Assembly: GCF_018350175.1 (NCBI RefSeq)
Contig: NC_058369.1
Coordinates: forward strand, 23,748,001-23,812,000
Source: Felis catus
Lineage: Eukaryota
DNA: 64,000 nt
Direction: 5' to 3'
The notes under the pieces are model-generated. The model ran no database searches, was not told the DNA's origin, and worked only from the letters and a program-made list of their open reading frames with translations. Shown in pieces: positions 36,432 to 50,258 of the stretch (position 1 is its first letter; each line of letters starts with the position of its first letter). The translations under genes and the position numbers were made by a program.

Positions 36432-38371
36432 GGAATCATGGTGGAGTCTTGCCATACTGCTCCCAATAATACTGAAACCTCACACTGTTTGTGTGCTGAG
36501 ATGCCAGGGTCTATTTGGGAGAAGGTGATCTAAGATCCAAGAGGCATCTACCCTTGACTCTGGCTCCCTTTGACCCCGTTGAGCAAGCAGAGCTTGATGG
36601 CCATGATGGGCCTCTCCCAAGGGTGGCCGTCCGTGAGAGAGTTAGCACCAAAAGTCAATATTTGTCCCCAGGCAATAGTTGTGTTTGCGCTATGAAAGCC
36701 CCACCAGGTTTTTTCAGAGATTTCAATCCGTGTGGTCTTTAGGCCATGAAGTAACCTTGTCCTAAGGAAACCCCTGAAGATGAGCCAGGAGGGATGCAAG
36801 TCCCAAACAGTGGGCTTTGGCAGGAGTAGCTCAGGAAACATGATGGGACTGGTCCCAGGGCCCAGGGCTTCAGGGGGGCTCTGCGGACAATTTCTGTGCT
36901 TGTGCTACTGGCAGGCTGGACTTTCTCTCGTGGCTCGGTCGAGCCTCCCCGGGCCCTCCCTTAGTGCTGATCAGCTGTTCCCAGCTGGAAGCGGTAATGT
37001 CATCCGCTTCCCAGGGACACCAGCTGACACAGCTGATGGGACTGTGGGCCTGGCTGGCAGGAGGACACATGTCCCCACACCTCCTGCAGGAGGAGGAGGG
37101 GCCTTGCTTCCCTGGTTCTCCCTGGGTAGGGTTGGGGGCTGGGAAGCAGCCACACAGCCACTCAGTGCCTAGTACTGTGCCTGGCACTAGGAGGTTCTTA
37201 AATGGATCTGTTAATGGATGAAGAGCATAGGCTTTTTGATCCAACAGAATCTGAGTTCAATCCTGGCCTGGCCCAGGGTCAGCTGTGTAACCGTGAGCAA
37301 GGAATTATATTCTGGGCCTCAACAGCCTCATCTGTGAGATGGGGACACTAAAAATACAGAGATGTGGAGAGGATTAAACGAGATCATGCATTTGAGTGCT
37401 CAGTAGAGAGCCTGACAGTAATGAGGGCTCATAAATATTAGCTATCATACTATTTTTCTTCATGGCGTCACAGGCCAATGTAACACGAGTGTTGATACTT
37501 GCCAGTTTAAGACTTCAGGGAAAAGGTGGGGGGAGAGAAAAGAGGGTAGAAAAGTCTTCATGAGAATTCCCTTTGCAAATTCCTTCTAGTGCTTTGATCA
37601 CTATTGGCTGTCATGACAGCTCTGTGACATAGGTCAAGAGTTGTCATCTCCACTTCTGATAAAAGAATCTGAAGTTCATGGCAGTTAAGTAACTCAGGCA
37701 AAGGCTTTCCAGTGATAAGTGACAGAGCAAGACCTGAGTCCACAAGTTTTCCCACCACATCCTGACAGGGCACAGAGGCACTCTCTCACCCCTGCCTGAA
37801 TAAATGAATGAATGAATGAATGAATGAATGAATGAGAGATCCAACTGTAAAATGATCCAAAGGACCTGTGGGGAAATAAGGGCAGAAATGACTAAGATGG
37901 AAGCATCAGGAGATCTTTCTGGGCACCACTTCCTGTGTGGATTTGGGCAGTCACCTCTCCTCCTCTGACCTCTGTCCCTAAATCCCTGCCAATTCTCAAA
38001 CGCTAGGAGGGGTCAGAAGGAGGGATCAGAAGCTACTGACTAGCAGTCATTTAATTTCCCAAGCCTCAGTTTCCCCATACCTCCAATGGAGATGATAGCA
38101 CCCCCACAGTCTTGTTCTGAGGCTCAGGTGATACATACATGAAAGGAGTCCATAAGCAGCACTGATGCTTGAAAGGATGAAGCAAACTACGATGGCAGAC
38201 TGGAAAAGAGAACCGGAAGGAAATGGCCCAACATAAAAATGCATTAATATTAACCAACAGGTTCCTTCAGAACAACAAGGCAATAAAACAATAATTTTAG
38301 AGAAACAAAACCCAGCCGAGGAAAAGTCTGCCAGAGGGAGCGGAAATGAAGGCACAACCAAGTGGCCCTTG

Positions 38372-38405
38372 GCTTACCTATCTGGAAAACACAAGATGAA
38401 AAAGA
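38372..38405 (-). other. Adjacent 3' and 5' splice signals: 4-nt microexon (ATAG) or recursive splice site
   Basis: Minus strand reads tctttttcatcttgtgttttccag|ATAG|gtaagc: polypyrimidine tract, CAG, 4 nt (38381-38378), then consensus donor. Confidence 0.4.
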
Positions 38406-38804
38406 TTCTTTGTAAACCAATATTTGTAAAAGCCCCACTGGGCTTTCTGCCTGCACAGACTGCCTATTATCTTGGCAAGGGATGAAAACAAGTGAATTCT
38501 TATTTAAAATGAGCATGAATCAAATTCAGGTTCACGTTATCAGTCTCACGGTGAGCGATCATTTACTGAATACCTACTATGCGCTGGGCACTATGCCAGG
38601 AACTGTTGTCTAGAGACTATCTTCAGTAAACAAATGTGTAGCACTCTTACAAAGCAGGCATAATATTCAATCATTCATATATTCACATATCTGCACAAGT
38701 TCATTGGTTGAATAGATATTTCTGGAGTGTCCATCATGTGCCAGATACAATACTGTCTGCTTTAAATACAAAGATAAACAGGGTCTAGTACCCTCCTGTA
38801 AGAT

Positions 38805-39020
38805 AAGGTTCCTCAACGCCATCACTTTTGACTTTTTGGGCCAATATTTCTTTGTTTGATAATTCTTTGCTGCACGGGCTGTCCTGTGAATTGTAGGGTG
38901 TTTAGCAGCATCCCTGGCCTCTACCCACATAGACACCGGTTTAACAGAAACATGTCCAAAATCTGCCAAATTTCCCTTAGTGGGTGGGGAGTAGGATTGT
39001 TCCCAGGTTTGAACCATTGC
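38805..39020. mobile_element. MER20 DNA transposon
   Basis: ggttcctcaac..gactttttgggcca..gggctgtcctgtgaattgtagggtgtttagcagcatccctggcctctaccca. Confidence 0.8.
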
Positions 39021-40318
39021 CTTAAAAAAATGATGGAGTGAATCCAGTGATGCTAAGTCCAAGACTGCACTTCTGGTAAGAGAGTTGTATTAAGCAGAAG
39101 TCAGAGCTGATCTTTGATGACATGACTTTGTTTCTGCATGTTGAGATCCTGGAGGTGGGGGTTCCCAGGCCAGAGCTGCTGTGATCTTGTCCTGTTTACT
39201 ATCATTGCATATCTACTCTACCTGTGGATTATTTGGCTTTTCTCTCCCCATTTGCCAAATCACATCAGTCACAGACTTTTAATTCTTGAACATCGGAGGA
39301 GACTCTAGGTGATCCACATTCTGAACCCTACACATCCCTGAGCATTGCTACAAACGAAGTCAGTTCTCCAATGAGCCCCTGGATGGCCCTTTGGAGCAAA
39401 GTTCACGTTTCGGCTCCTTAAATGGTAACTCAGTGGGGTGCATGGAAAATCTTAGAAGAAAGAGAATTGGGATTATTATATTCCCAAAATATCTTGAGAT
39501 TTTTAAACTTCAAAGTTGTATTTTAGTTTCAAGAGTAGCCTAACCTTTGCAAAGGTTACTCTGCAAATATATGCAAGATAAAGAATTCCCTGGGAGAATG
39601 TCTGCCAGGTCCTAAGCCTACATTCATATCTAATTTATAATCACACTGAAAAAAAAAACGGGTTCCTTTTTCAAGGAGCTCACATTACCTCTTGTTTGGC
39701 ATGGTGCAGAGGAGTGACAGGTGCAATTTATGTGAATAATCACTGCAATCAGCCACATTTAAGAAGGAACCAGGGACGTACTCTGCAGAGAGAGAAACTG
39801 CTGAGTCACATAGTCCACCATTGCTCCCCCAAATGGTGTCAGAACCATTGGTTACAACTGACCAAATTCAAAGGACATGGCAGAAGTAATAGTCCTCTAT
39901 TGTGATCCAAGTTCCCTGGCCTGGGCAACTGCAGCTCCAGTTCCAACTCTGCCAGTAACTCATCATTTCACATGGAACACTGAGCCTCAGTTGCCTCATC
40001 TGTAAAATTACACCATTGGACCGCATGAGAACAAAGGATTCCTCTTGCTTTATCAGTCAATAATTTTCTTTTCCACAGTAGTTGTAGCCTGTATGCAGCC
40101 TGGGAGTTCCTCTGGGGAGGTGCCAAGAGATGACGCCTTTGATAATAATAGCTCCCAGCAAGTATCCCTTGAATGAATGACTCAGTGAATGAGTGTGGGT
40201 GTGGTTTTCCTGCGGCTGAAGCCTTGAGCTGTCTCCACTATCATATGTGATCTCAAACCAAGGATAACTTACTCTGGGACATAAGCGATTTACAGGTTTA
40301 TGAAAGCCATGGTGTAGA

Positions 40319-40525
40319 CCAGGGGTTGGCGAGACAGTAAAGGGATAGAGTCCATACTTTAGGTCTTGTGGATCTTATGGTCTCTGTCACAACTACTCAA
40401 TTCCACAAGCGTGGCATGAGAGCAGCCATAGACAATCAGTAAATGAATGGGTGTGGCTGTGATCCAATAAAACAAATATAGGTGGTGGGCTGGATTTGGC
40501 CGTGGGCTGTAGTTGGCCCCTGATG
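40319..40525. mobile_element. MER58A-like DNA transposon
   Basis: caggggttggc..tctctgtcacaactactcaa..gggctggatttggcccgtgggctgtagttggcccctg with terminal inverted repeats. Confidence 0.8.
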
Positions 40526-42865
40526 TGGCCAACCATCTCACATACGTCCACTCCATCTTGATCAGCCTCTGGTACTCTGGGCCTGGAGAGCAGCACGGCC
40601 ACTTCCTGAAATATCTGCAAGAATGACAGCCCATCTCTCCCTCGGCTCATCTGCCTATAGTCAGAGCCTACAAAAATGTCCTTGCAAGAGCCAAGTTTTC
40701 AGCTGAGGAGCAAAGATCTCCCAGATTATTGGCATCAAAGCCACACTGTCTCCCTGCATTAGGCTGGGGCCTCAAGAGCAGGGAAATCAGACGGAAGGGA
40801 TGGTTGGAAATGGAGCACCCATGCATGGGAACTTGGCTTGTCTTCCCTGGAAAATCAAATCCGAGTGTTAAAAGAGTTACGATGCCCAATTATTGCAGGC
40901 AGCAGTTGGAGGAGGAGTGGGCTTTGCTCCCACCAGAACACCTTTCCGGCTCACACATGAGCACAATTTGGATTCTAACAGGACTATGGAGGAATAGTTT
41001 GATCGTGAGGTCATCACATGGGGCTCCAGAGCCCAAGTGACCTTTTGAAGTCTGCTCAGGGAACCTCATTATGTTGCATTTTTGAGTGATCCCTTCTCTG
41101 ATTTTTCCAAGTCCCTTTGCCCCTGCATTCCTTTGATTAGATTTTTGCCTCGATAGAGAGGCACAGGATGAGGGGAGGGAGAGCTATGGAGGGAACTAGG
41201 AGGAAAGACCTGATTATTAAGTGAATAATCTACCCTGGGGGCCTTGGCCGGCTACTCTTTGGGCTGGGCTTGCTGGTGAGGATATCTTTAAGGAGCAGTA
41301 ATTCTCCAGAAGGCAAGACTCCCATCGCTTACCAACACAATTTGGAATGAATTGATGCAACCCTCGAGTGGCAAGCTGGAACTCTTGCCAAAGCAAGCAC
41401 AAAGTTTCCCGACTTGTAAAGCAGTCATTGGGAGTAGCTTCCAGAGAAAGGAAGCCGATCCCTCCACAGGACAAGCCACCCCTCCTTTGCCCCTTGAACA
41501 TTAATGTGTTTGCTCAGCCCACTGTCTGCCCCTGATGTGCATTTGTGTCCTTGCTGCCATTTTTCATAGTAATGACTCTCGACTTCCTGCTAGCAGAATG
41601 TCAGAGCACAGAGAGGTCCCCAAAGACTCTCAGTTCCCTTTAAAAAGATGATAAAGGGTGGCTTGGTGTATAACCACATGCACAAATCACTGATACTCAT
41701 GATCTAGTCAGGAAAGGAGGTAATTCTCCCCCTGATTTCAACCTGCTGATGGGAACTCTCAGCCAGGCCCAGGCTCCCAACTCAGTGATGGAAACTGCCT
41801 CCCAGGCCCGGCTGCCTTTCTTAGAAAGCTGGGCTTTCCCGGGACCACCACTGGCAATGAGAGGACACGCTCCCCCTCTTCTCCCTCTCTCTCCAGCTTC
41901 AGCATATTTGAAGAATTTTAAGCCACAGAGCAAACCTGGGGAGCTTCTCTCACTTGTTTGAATGAGAGGCCTGGAAATTTCACAGTCATTAATCACGGTT
42001 GTAAAAAGGTCAGCAAATACAGCCCAGGGAACTCCCCTCCAGGCTTCAGCCTTTCTGTGTGGACACTCCATATCCACTGCTGCTTCATTACAAGACTCCA
42101 GGGCCATTCAAGATCGTTGCTTGAGCCACATCATCCCCTCCTTAGGAGTCCAGATAGTTTTCGTGGTTTAAAGGTAGTGAGGGCCATTTCAAAGTAACTG
42201 TGACTCGAAAAAGCCTCACATGAATGGAAGGACCACAGGGCTAACTTGGGGTCCTGCCTGAACCTGTGTCCTCGTCCCAGTTTCAACACTAGCACATAGG
42301 GTGACCTGGATTAAGTGGCTCAACTTTTCAATGCTTTGGTCAGAGCCCCTGCAGCTGCAGAGGTCTCTTCCTCTGACCTAAGGACCAACATGGGATGATT
42401 ACTTTCCCTTTATCAACACAAACATCACCAGCAATAGGGGCTCCTGTCTTGTGCTTGGCATGGGGAGTACTGGGGCACAAAGCTCGGTCACACTCATCCC
42501 TGCCCTCAAACAATCAAGCAAACAAACCTCTCTAATATGTCAAGTGTATAATCGTGAGGACGATACTTACTGAACATGAGCCAGGTGTCAAGGGTAGTTT
42601 CTAAGGCCCATTGTATATATTAACCCAGCAATTCTCCCCAAGTGCCTTTTAAGTACATACTCTTTTCATCCTAGTTTGAGAGATGATAACACCAAGGATC
42701 TAACAGGTCAGGGTCACACAGGTACTAAGTGAAAGGGACAGGACAAACCCAGCCTGACGGAAGGGCCCGCTCAAGCTACATGCCAGTGGTGTGGGGTTCC
42801 TTCCTCAGTTCCTCACTGCGCTCCCAGTTAATCAATTCACTTTTTCATTTATTCCAAAACATTTT

Positions 42866-43078
42866 GTTTTTCAAGTCTACTTATTTATTTTGAGACAGAG
42901 AGAGAGCAAGTGGGCCAGAGGCAGAGAGAGAGGAGAGGGAGAGAGAGAGAATCTCAAGCAGGCTCTGCACTGTCAGCACAGAGCCCGATGCAGGGCTCAA
43001 TCTCACCAACTGTGGGATCATGACCTGAGCCAAAATCAAGAGCTGGACACTTAACCGACTGAGCCACCCAGGTGTCCC
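42866..43078 (-). mobile_element. CanSINE (SINEC_Fc-type)
   Basis: Reverse SINEC; TSD tattccaaaa(c/t)atttt on both sides. Confidence 0.93.
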
Positions 43079-43765
43079 TATTCCAAAATATTTTAATGAG
43101 CCTCTTGGAGGAGCCTGACCCAATGCCAAGTGGGGGGATTGTGGCAGCAGCTGAGAAAGACAGGGTCCCTGCTGTCATGGGCTCACAGGGGAGCAGGAGA
43201 GACCTCCCCCAACCACCTAAAATCTTTCCTTACTGGTGAGGACCCTTAGTCCCTAGAACCCTGGGCCACAAGTCACAAAATGCCTTCCCAGCTGACAGAA
43301 CTCTATAAACTGCAAAGACAGAGTTACTGCTGGGAGGAGTTCAAGGGAAGACCCCCTTTTCTCAAAGTACATTTGTCACCTAAAAGGGCATTTTCTCAGT
43401 CAGCAAAAGATGTATTGAGGGACAGAGTGAGGCCTGGCAGGGGCGTCGCAGACAGGAGCAGCCCAGGTGACACAGAAGCTTCCTGGGCACGGAGGCTGAG
43501 CACATGGCGGGTTCTCTGTACTTCAGTGATTCTGGAGGCAGAAGCGTGAGGGGTGGGGCAGAGGCAGGAGCACGAGACTGGAGATTATCACCAGGGCTCA
43601 CGACTCCTCCAAGGTCCCCTCATCTCCATCTCCCTTCTGTGTCCTTAATGATAATGGCGATGTCCATATTCGTCCTATTAGGACCCACTACTTGGCGAGT
43701 GCCCTGTGCCGGACATGGGGCTGATTGCATGATTTGTACTTAGGCATTTCGTCCGCACTGCCCCC

Positions 43766-43870
43766 CTGTACAGTGGGTGACAATATCCCATCCCACAGTG
43801 GGTGACAATATCCCCGTCCCAATGGCTCACTTCCTCCTGTACAGTGGGTGACAATATCCCGTCCCAATGC
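43766..43870. repeat. Local triplication of cagtgggtgacaatatccc
   Basis: Exact 19-mer at 43771-43789, 43796-43814 and 43842-43860. Confidence 0.9.
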
Positions 43871-44456
43871 CGGTCCTACTCACTGTGTGGCCATTATCTC
43901 AGACAAGAGGAGACAGAGGCGCCAAAGAGTCCAAGATGGCAAAGAAAGGAAGAGAAACGAGGGAGGTGAGACAGGGGGGAGTGAGGGGAGAAGACGGAGG
44001 CCCAGAGGGAGTTTCTACTCTTTGAGCTGATGTGCAGAGGTCAGGATTACAGCTAACAGAGCATGTGAGCCCCTCCTGGGCCTCTCTCTGCTTCCCCCTG
44101 ACCCTCACATACCCACACTTCATCACCACAGCCCTGCATTTTCTCTCTTCTGTATTATGAGGCTCCTTACATGATTTCCTAAAGGTTCCCTATCATTCTG
44201 ACGATGTGGAGAAAATGAAGCCTGGAGAGGTCCCCCAGCAGGTGAGTGATGGCACAATAAGCTGGTTAGGAACATAGCCTCTACAGTGGGAGCTGTGGGG
44301 TTTGAAACCCAGCTCTGCCACTTACTGGTGTGGTGGCCTGGGCAAGATTTATCACCTTCCAAGGCCCAGTTCCCTCCTGTGTTAAAGGAAAAGAAGAAGT
44401 CCTCACTGGCTGCATGGAAGGATTTGCTGAGAACATGTATTAAAGAACTTGTCATT

Positions 44457-44678
44457 GGAGCACCTGGGTGGCTCAGTCAGTTAAGCATCTGACTTTGGCT
44501 CAGGTTATGATCTCACAGTTCATGGGTTCAAGCCTGGCATCAGGCTCTGTGCTGACAACTCAGAGCCTGGAGCCTGCTTCAGATTCTGTGTCTTCCTCTC
44601 TCTTTGCTCCTCTCCCACTTGTTCTCTCTCTCTGTCTCTCAAAAACAAATAAACATTAAAAAAATCTTAAAAAAAAAA
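44457..44678 (+). mobile_element. CanSINE (SINEC_Fc-type) nested in a MIR (~44270-44725)
   Basis: ggagcacctgggtggctcagtcagttaagcatctgact..aaataaacattaaaaaaa. Confidence 0.93.
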
Positions 44679-47600
44679 GCAACAAATCTGTCACTGGGCC
44701 TGACACAAAGTAGTAGCTGAATAAACAGTAGCAAGTTTTATTTTTAGTTTCCTTCAAATTCTGACTCTTATTCTTGGACTCAGGCAAGTTAGCACCAAAT
44801 AATGACCCGAGGTTTCCCCAGTCACTTTAGAACCAGGACGCAGACAGAACGGTGTGGTCCCCGTGGCTTTGGAGAGAAAACAGGTAAGTAACACAGTCAG
44901 TGGAAGACAAGGGTGGATAGGTGCGGTGCCCCAAGAATCCAGTGACTGGAGTCTAGCATCTGAAACAGCCTGGGGGTATTTGTGGCTGTACTCACCCCAG
45001 GTGCATCCAGACCACAGTATTTCATCGCATGTGACGTCAGCGTGTTATTTCAGTGACTCAGAGCTTCATTTCCTAACTGAGTTTCTGAGTGGGGCTGACA
45101 CACTTTCCCTCTCATCTTGCCTGACTTGGTATTTCACTAGACCCCTCGTCTAAATGACATAGGAAGTATCTCCCGGAATATCCGAAAGCAGGAAACTATT
45201 TTACAAAAATAAATGGGTACCTTACACCAGCCTGTGGGATTCTACTACACGACAGCCTTCCAGATTCAAGATGGACAACAGTGTGTGTGTGCTCCTGCAG
45301 GCCAGGGAATGCTCTGTTTAGGAAGAAAGTCTGGGAGCAGGGGGACGATAAAGTGGAAGTCTAACCTAAGCCACGATGGAGCTAAAGACTTACACCGAGG
45401 ATGTAAGTGTTTGGGGAAACTGAGGACCTGGTGACTGATGTGAGCCAGATGACAGTAGGAAGGGAGGGATTAAAATAGATGCAAGACTCACACACACAAA
45501 TGGGGCTATTTATACCCACTCTCTGCCTCAGGAGCTGGGAAAGGGGGTGGGATCATCTCCCCCATCCAACATGGACCCTCTTCCATCCCTAGTTACTAAA
45601 ACAAAACAGTGAACCACTAAGACATAAAAGTGACTAAGGCTCTCCCTTGTGCAAGAGCCTCAGGAACTCCCCCTTTGCTTTCAGGAGAAAGGTTCGTGAC
45701 CATTCACCCTCTCCTGGCTTCCTTCTTTGTCCCAGATGCTGCCACCCTCCAATGTAGCTCCCTGCCTTCCTGTTACCTCACCAACTCAAACTCACCCTTC
45801 AGGTCTCAGGCTAGACAGCAGCTCCTCCTCCAGGAAGCCTTCTCTGAAGCCCTGGTCTGAGTCAGAGGACCCTGGCCCTTGCTCCCAAGGCCTCCATCCC
45901 GGCAGGCTCCTTCCTTCCTGGCACTTCCCCCACATATCTGCCTGGTCTTTCCAGCTACACCGCGAGCTGCGTGGGGATGGGGACCCTGTGCCCGAGCGCT
46001 GTGCCCAACACACAGTATGTGCCCAGTCAATTTTTGTTGATCCACTGGGCCGATCTGATGTTGGGCTTGGAGGAGGGTCTTACCGAATCCAAATTTATCA
46101 GTCTCTCGAGTTGAAGTCATAAACTGACATATTGTGAAATGTAAAAATTAAAACTCCAACAGTTTGGCAGTAATGAATCTTAACTTCCTGCCTCCCACGG
46201 AGGGGCCACCCTAAACACAGGGGTGTGGACAATGGCTGCACAGGGGGAGGCCCCTACCATCCTATTCAGTCAAGAGCTGCGGCTAGAAGTGGGGGCAGGC
46301 CTAGGGTGCTGTCACTGACATGCTGAAGGCCCCCCAGCCCTGCTCCCGATGCCCCAGCTTTGCCCTTCAGGGAGGGACTGTGAAGCCTCAAGCTTTTGTC
46401 TTGAAATTAGAGGCATCTAAACCTGTAGCTGAAGAACTGTTGCCACATGTAATTATTGACCTGAGACATCAGTCACCTTCAAAAACTCTGCGTTGACAGA
46501 GGGCAAAAGAAAAGCGTCTAGAATATCAAAAGGTAAAGGGTCCAGATTAAAAAGGGAGATGCAAGGAGGGCTTTTCCCAAGTTGTAGCCTTTAATTGACT
46601 CCAGTCTCTGCCAAGCACCCTGGCCTCCTTTGTCAGCATGCTGAGAGGTGGGGTGGGTTCCCCTGACACCGGGAATGTGCTGCCCCAGTACGGCCAGCAG
46701 TCATATTTCCCAGAGGAATCTCCCCTGTGGCTACCAGACTGGGTGCCACAAGCAATCAACGTCTGCAAGGGACAAGTCTGCTGAAAGAACAGTCTCAGAA
46801 GCCAGGCTTGGTGCGCAGAGGTGGAGGACGCTTCTGTTCCCCCCACCCCCCTTCAAAGGGATGGACTCCAGAAAACCTCTAGAATATCAAAGGGTGAGAT
46901 GCCAGGCCTGAGACTTGACAAAGTCTGGCCAAAGGCAGGCAGGCTGGCTGGCGTTTTTAATTCAAAGGTCAGCAGAGCAAAGTTCGTAGTCAGCTCATTC
47001 CTTTGGGTCCTAGCTTACCAATCTGTGAAGTGGTTCTAGAAAAGTTCCTGTGCCTCTGCCCCCAACTCCCACCTGAGAGCAGAGGTACGTTTTTTAATAA
47101 AACAAGTCTCCTCTCTTGCCACAAAGGATGCATGTGTCAGCTCTAGCTGAGTATGAATGCAGCCGTGCACCGTTTCCGATAAAAAGAAATCGCAGGCTGC
47201 CTTGGAAAGAAGCTAAAAGACAAACCAGAGTAATTCACACAGAAACCTTGAGAAACCAAAGTCCTGCTTATTCTGCATGGAGAACACAGGGAATGGGGAC
47301 ACATATTTCAACAGCTTTTTTTTTTTTCATGTTTCATTAGCATTTTACTTCTCTGCAAAGAAGTCCAGAAATGAACCAAAGGGCTTTTGCACCACCAAGG
47401 AAAGCTGTGCCTACTAGCTGATCAGAACACTGCACACCCCCACCCCCGCCAAACTGTGGACAAACCCCACCACCTTCGATCTGTTTCTCTGGTAGGCGTG
47501 TGGGAGGCAGGAAGGAGGAGATGCTCCGTATGACTGGCCTGTCAAATCCTTTGAGTTCATTTAGGATAAAAACTGGTATCAAAAGGAATGTCAGGCAGAC

Positions 47601-50177
47601 AAATCTAAATATTTAAAATCTGTTTAGTGGCTATAGACAGACCATCATCTCTTTCTCTTTGGGTTTCTGTCCTTAGCTTTTTCTTTATCTCTGAATTCCC
47701 CACCAACCCGTGGGACTTTGCTGGGTAAAACCCAGCTCTCCTCTGGTTGCCGGGCTGTGCTTTATTAAATGTGGATGAATGTCAATGTCACCCAGCTCAT
47801 TAATAATTGATTTCCAGCCCTGTCTCTATTTGCAGAGCAGAAGCCACTTACAGAGTCTATTATTCCAACTCTGTGTGTGGGTCACAGGGCCAAAGAGGTT
47901 CCAGCAGGGCTAACCTTTGTTGACAGCAATCACCATGGCAACTCCACACATCTCCAGCCTCAACTCAGATGCCCAGGAAGGTGCGGAGTCCTGCCCTGCA
48001 CTGGGGACCCGGCTGGAGTTTGCTGAGCTCAATGGCTATATGAGCAACTCTGCTGGCAAAATGGGATTTTTCCGTTTTAATTTTTGGTCTTTGTCAGGCA
48101 GCATGGAGTTCTTTAACTACCCCTTTTGGAATCCGGCACGGAAAAGGGCATTTTCAAAATTCAAAAAACAAAACCCTGTTTTTCTTTCTGTCTCCTCAGG
48201 CAAAAAATAAAGACCAAGTAAATCTCCTCTGGCTTCTTTCAGGTCATTTTAAGTCAATGAAACCTATATAATCCCAGAATAGCTGATTGTTTCTTTTCCA
48301 CCCAACCAAAGACTGCAAGCTTAGACCAGAAGAATTACTGTTTTGCTTTTAACCACCTATTAATATTTTGTCCTACCAGCCACGCTTCCTCTATCCCTCT
48401 CCCCCTTCTTTGAAGATTTCCCCCCACTAAATTAATGTTTAACAATTAAATGAAGCCAACGGAAAGTTTTGAAAGATCCACACAATTACGGATTGGGTGG
48501 GCATGCAGAGTCTTTAATTTAAGTGGGAAATGTTTCCCAAATTATGGCCTGAGACCTCACAGCTAATTACATAATTTTCTGCATCTGAAAAAACATAAGC
48601 TGAGAAAATGCAAACAGAATCGCACTGATAATGAGAGAGAAAAACCTGGAAGTGGGTCCATCTATTATTTTAGAAAACAGAGCTACTGGTGTATCAAGGA
48701 AGAGTATGTAAAAGAAGCACAAAGTTAGAACTGCACGTGGTTTGGGAGGTCATCTGTCCTGTGTTTGTCAAGTGGAGGCAGGGTGCTCGGTTCAACAAGA
48801 CTGCTGTGGCCAAATGGGTTTGAGAAATAGTGTATATTTCATCTGTGCTTGGGGATTTTTCTAAGGCACGTTTTCATACCGAAGGCTCTGCTGAGTCCTG
48901 AAGTGAAACTACATACTTAATTTTGTTTTGTCCAGAATTGGCCAAATTCATGTGATTTTCTAAAAGAATCCTTACTTAAGTAACGTTTATTGAAGTAAAT
49001 GAAAGATATTTAAAAAGCCATTTTAAATAAATAATACTGATTTACTACATCCTTTGGGGAATCTTTTTTTTTTTTTTTTTTAATAAATGTTTTATGGTCC
49101 CATGACCCTGCGTTTCTCAGAACATACTTTGGGAAATGCTAATCGAATTCCATACCTCATAAACAAAGATACTGAGTCCCAGGAAGAGGAAAGGATTTGC
49201 TCAAAATCCCAACGGCATCTTAGGGGTTTCTCGGAAGAAGAGGACAGTGAGTTACTGCATTCACAGGCTAATGCCCTGTGGATTAAACCTCATGTGTGCC
49301 CTACCTGAGAGGGAAGAGTATGGCATTGAGACACAGACTGGATGGCCTTCGAGTTCATGATCAGGGTAAGCCCATGCACCTCTCTGTGACATCTTCAAAG
49401 AATCATGCTTTTAGGTGAGGACATGGAACGCACTTGGGGAACCACAGTAAAGTGTCTTGGGAAGACCGGGGTACTTCTTCATCAGATGAGGTGTCCAATG
49501 AGCATTCATGTGAATCACTTCACACTTTGCTCTACCGCTCTGGCTGATGATAGCTTGGTATAGTAGGAATGTTCCAGACTGTGAGCTAGGAGACTAGGCT
49601 GGTCCTATTTCAGGCTGATCCTTACTACAAAATATGGACACTGAGGTGACTGGGGGGTAGAGGTAAGAGGTAGCTTATCCTCACTTGGGAGAAGAAAATC
49701 GAAGATTTCACAAAAGCTTGGTCACTGACTTCATGTTTGAACTCAGGACATGCCTTCTTATCTGAGGTCTTAGAATCCCCTTCTGTAAAAAAAGGGAGGT
49801 GAACCCCAGTAGTATCCTGAAGGCCCCTCCCAGCTTTTACATTCTTTATCCTACTCTCCCGGGAGGGAGTGACACTCAAAGCCACATTCACACAATGACT
49901 CTATCATGAATAGCTGCTTTTAAAGTCAAAATCCTCTTCTCTGGGAAAGAATCTTCTTTGTTCTTTCAAAGAGCAAGGTCAGTTCAGACCAGCACCCCAC
50001 AGAACAAATGCTTATGCAAAGCTTGTGCCATTTCTGGGAGGCACCTGGGGTAGGTCCTGTAAGGGCTGACCATTCTCACTCCCCAGGGACTGCAAGATTC
50101 TCAGATAACAGTTTCTCTTGTCTGGCTCCCACTCCCTAAGAAGAAAGCAGGAAGTACAGATGTGCAGAAGCCAACAA

Positions 50178-50195
50178 ATATACATATACATATAC

Positions 50196-50254
<59 letters not shown>
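50178..50254. repeat. (TA)n microsatellite
   Basis: Directly visible. Confidence 0.95.

Positions 50255-50258
<4 letters not shown>

Noticed and set aside
43766..43870. Repeat-spacer pattern resembling CRISPR
   Set aside because: Mammalian DNA, only three copies, irregular and mutually related spacers, no cas genes.
44878..44890. Perfect plus-strand donor CAG|GTAAGT
   Set aside because: Isolated site with no convincing acceptor or promoter; expected by chance in 64 kb.
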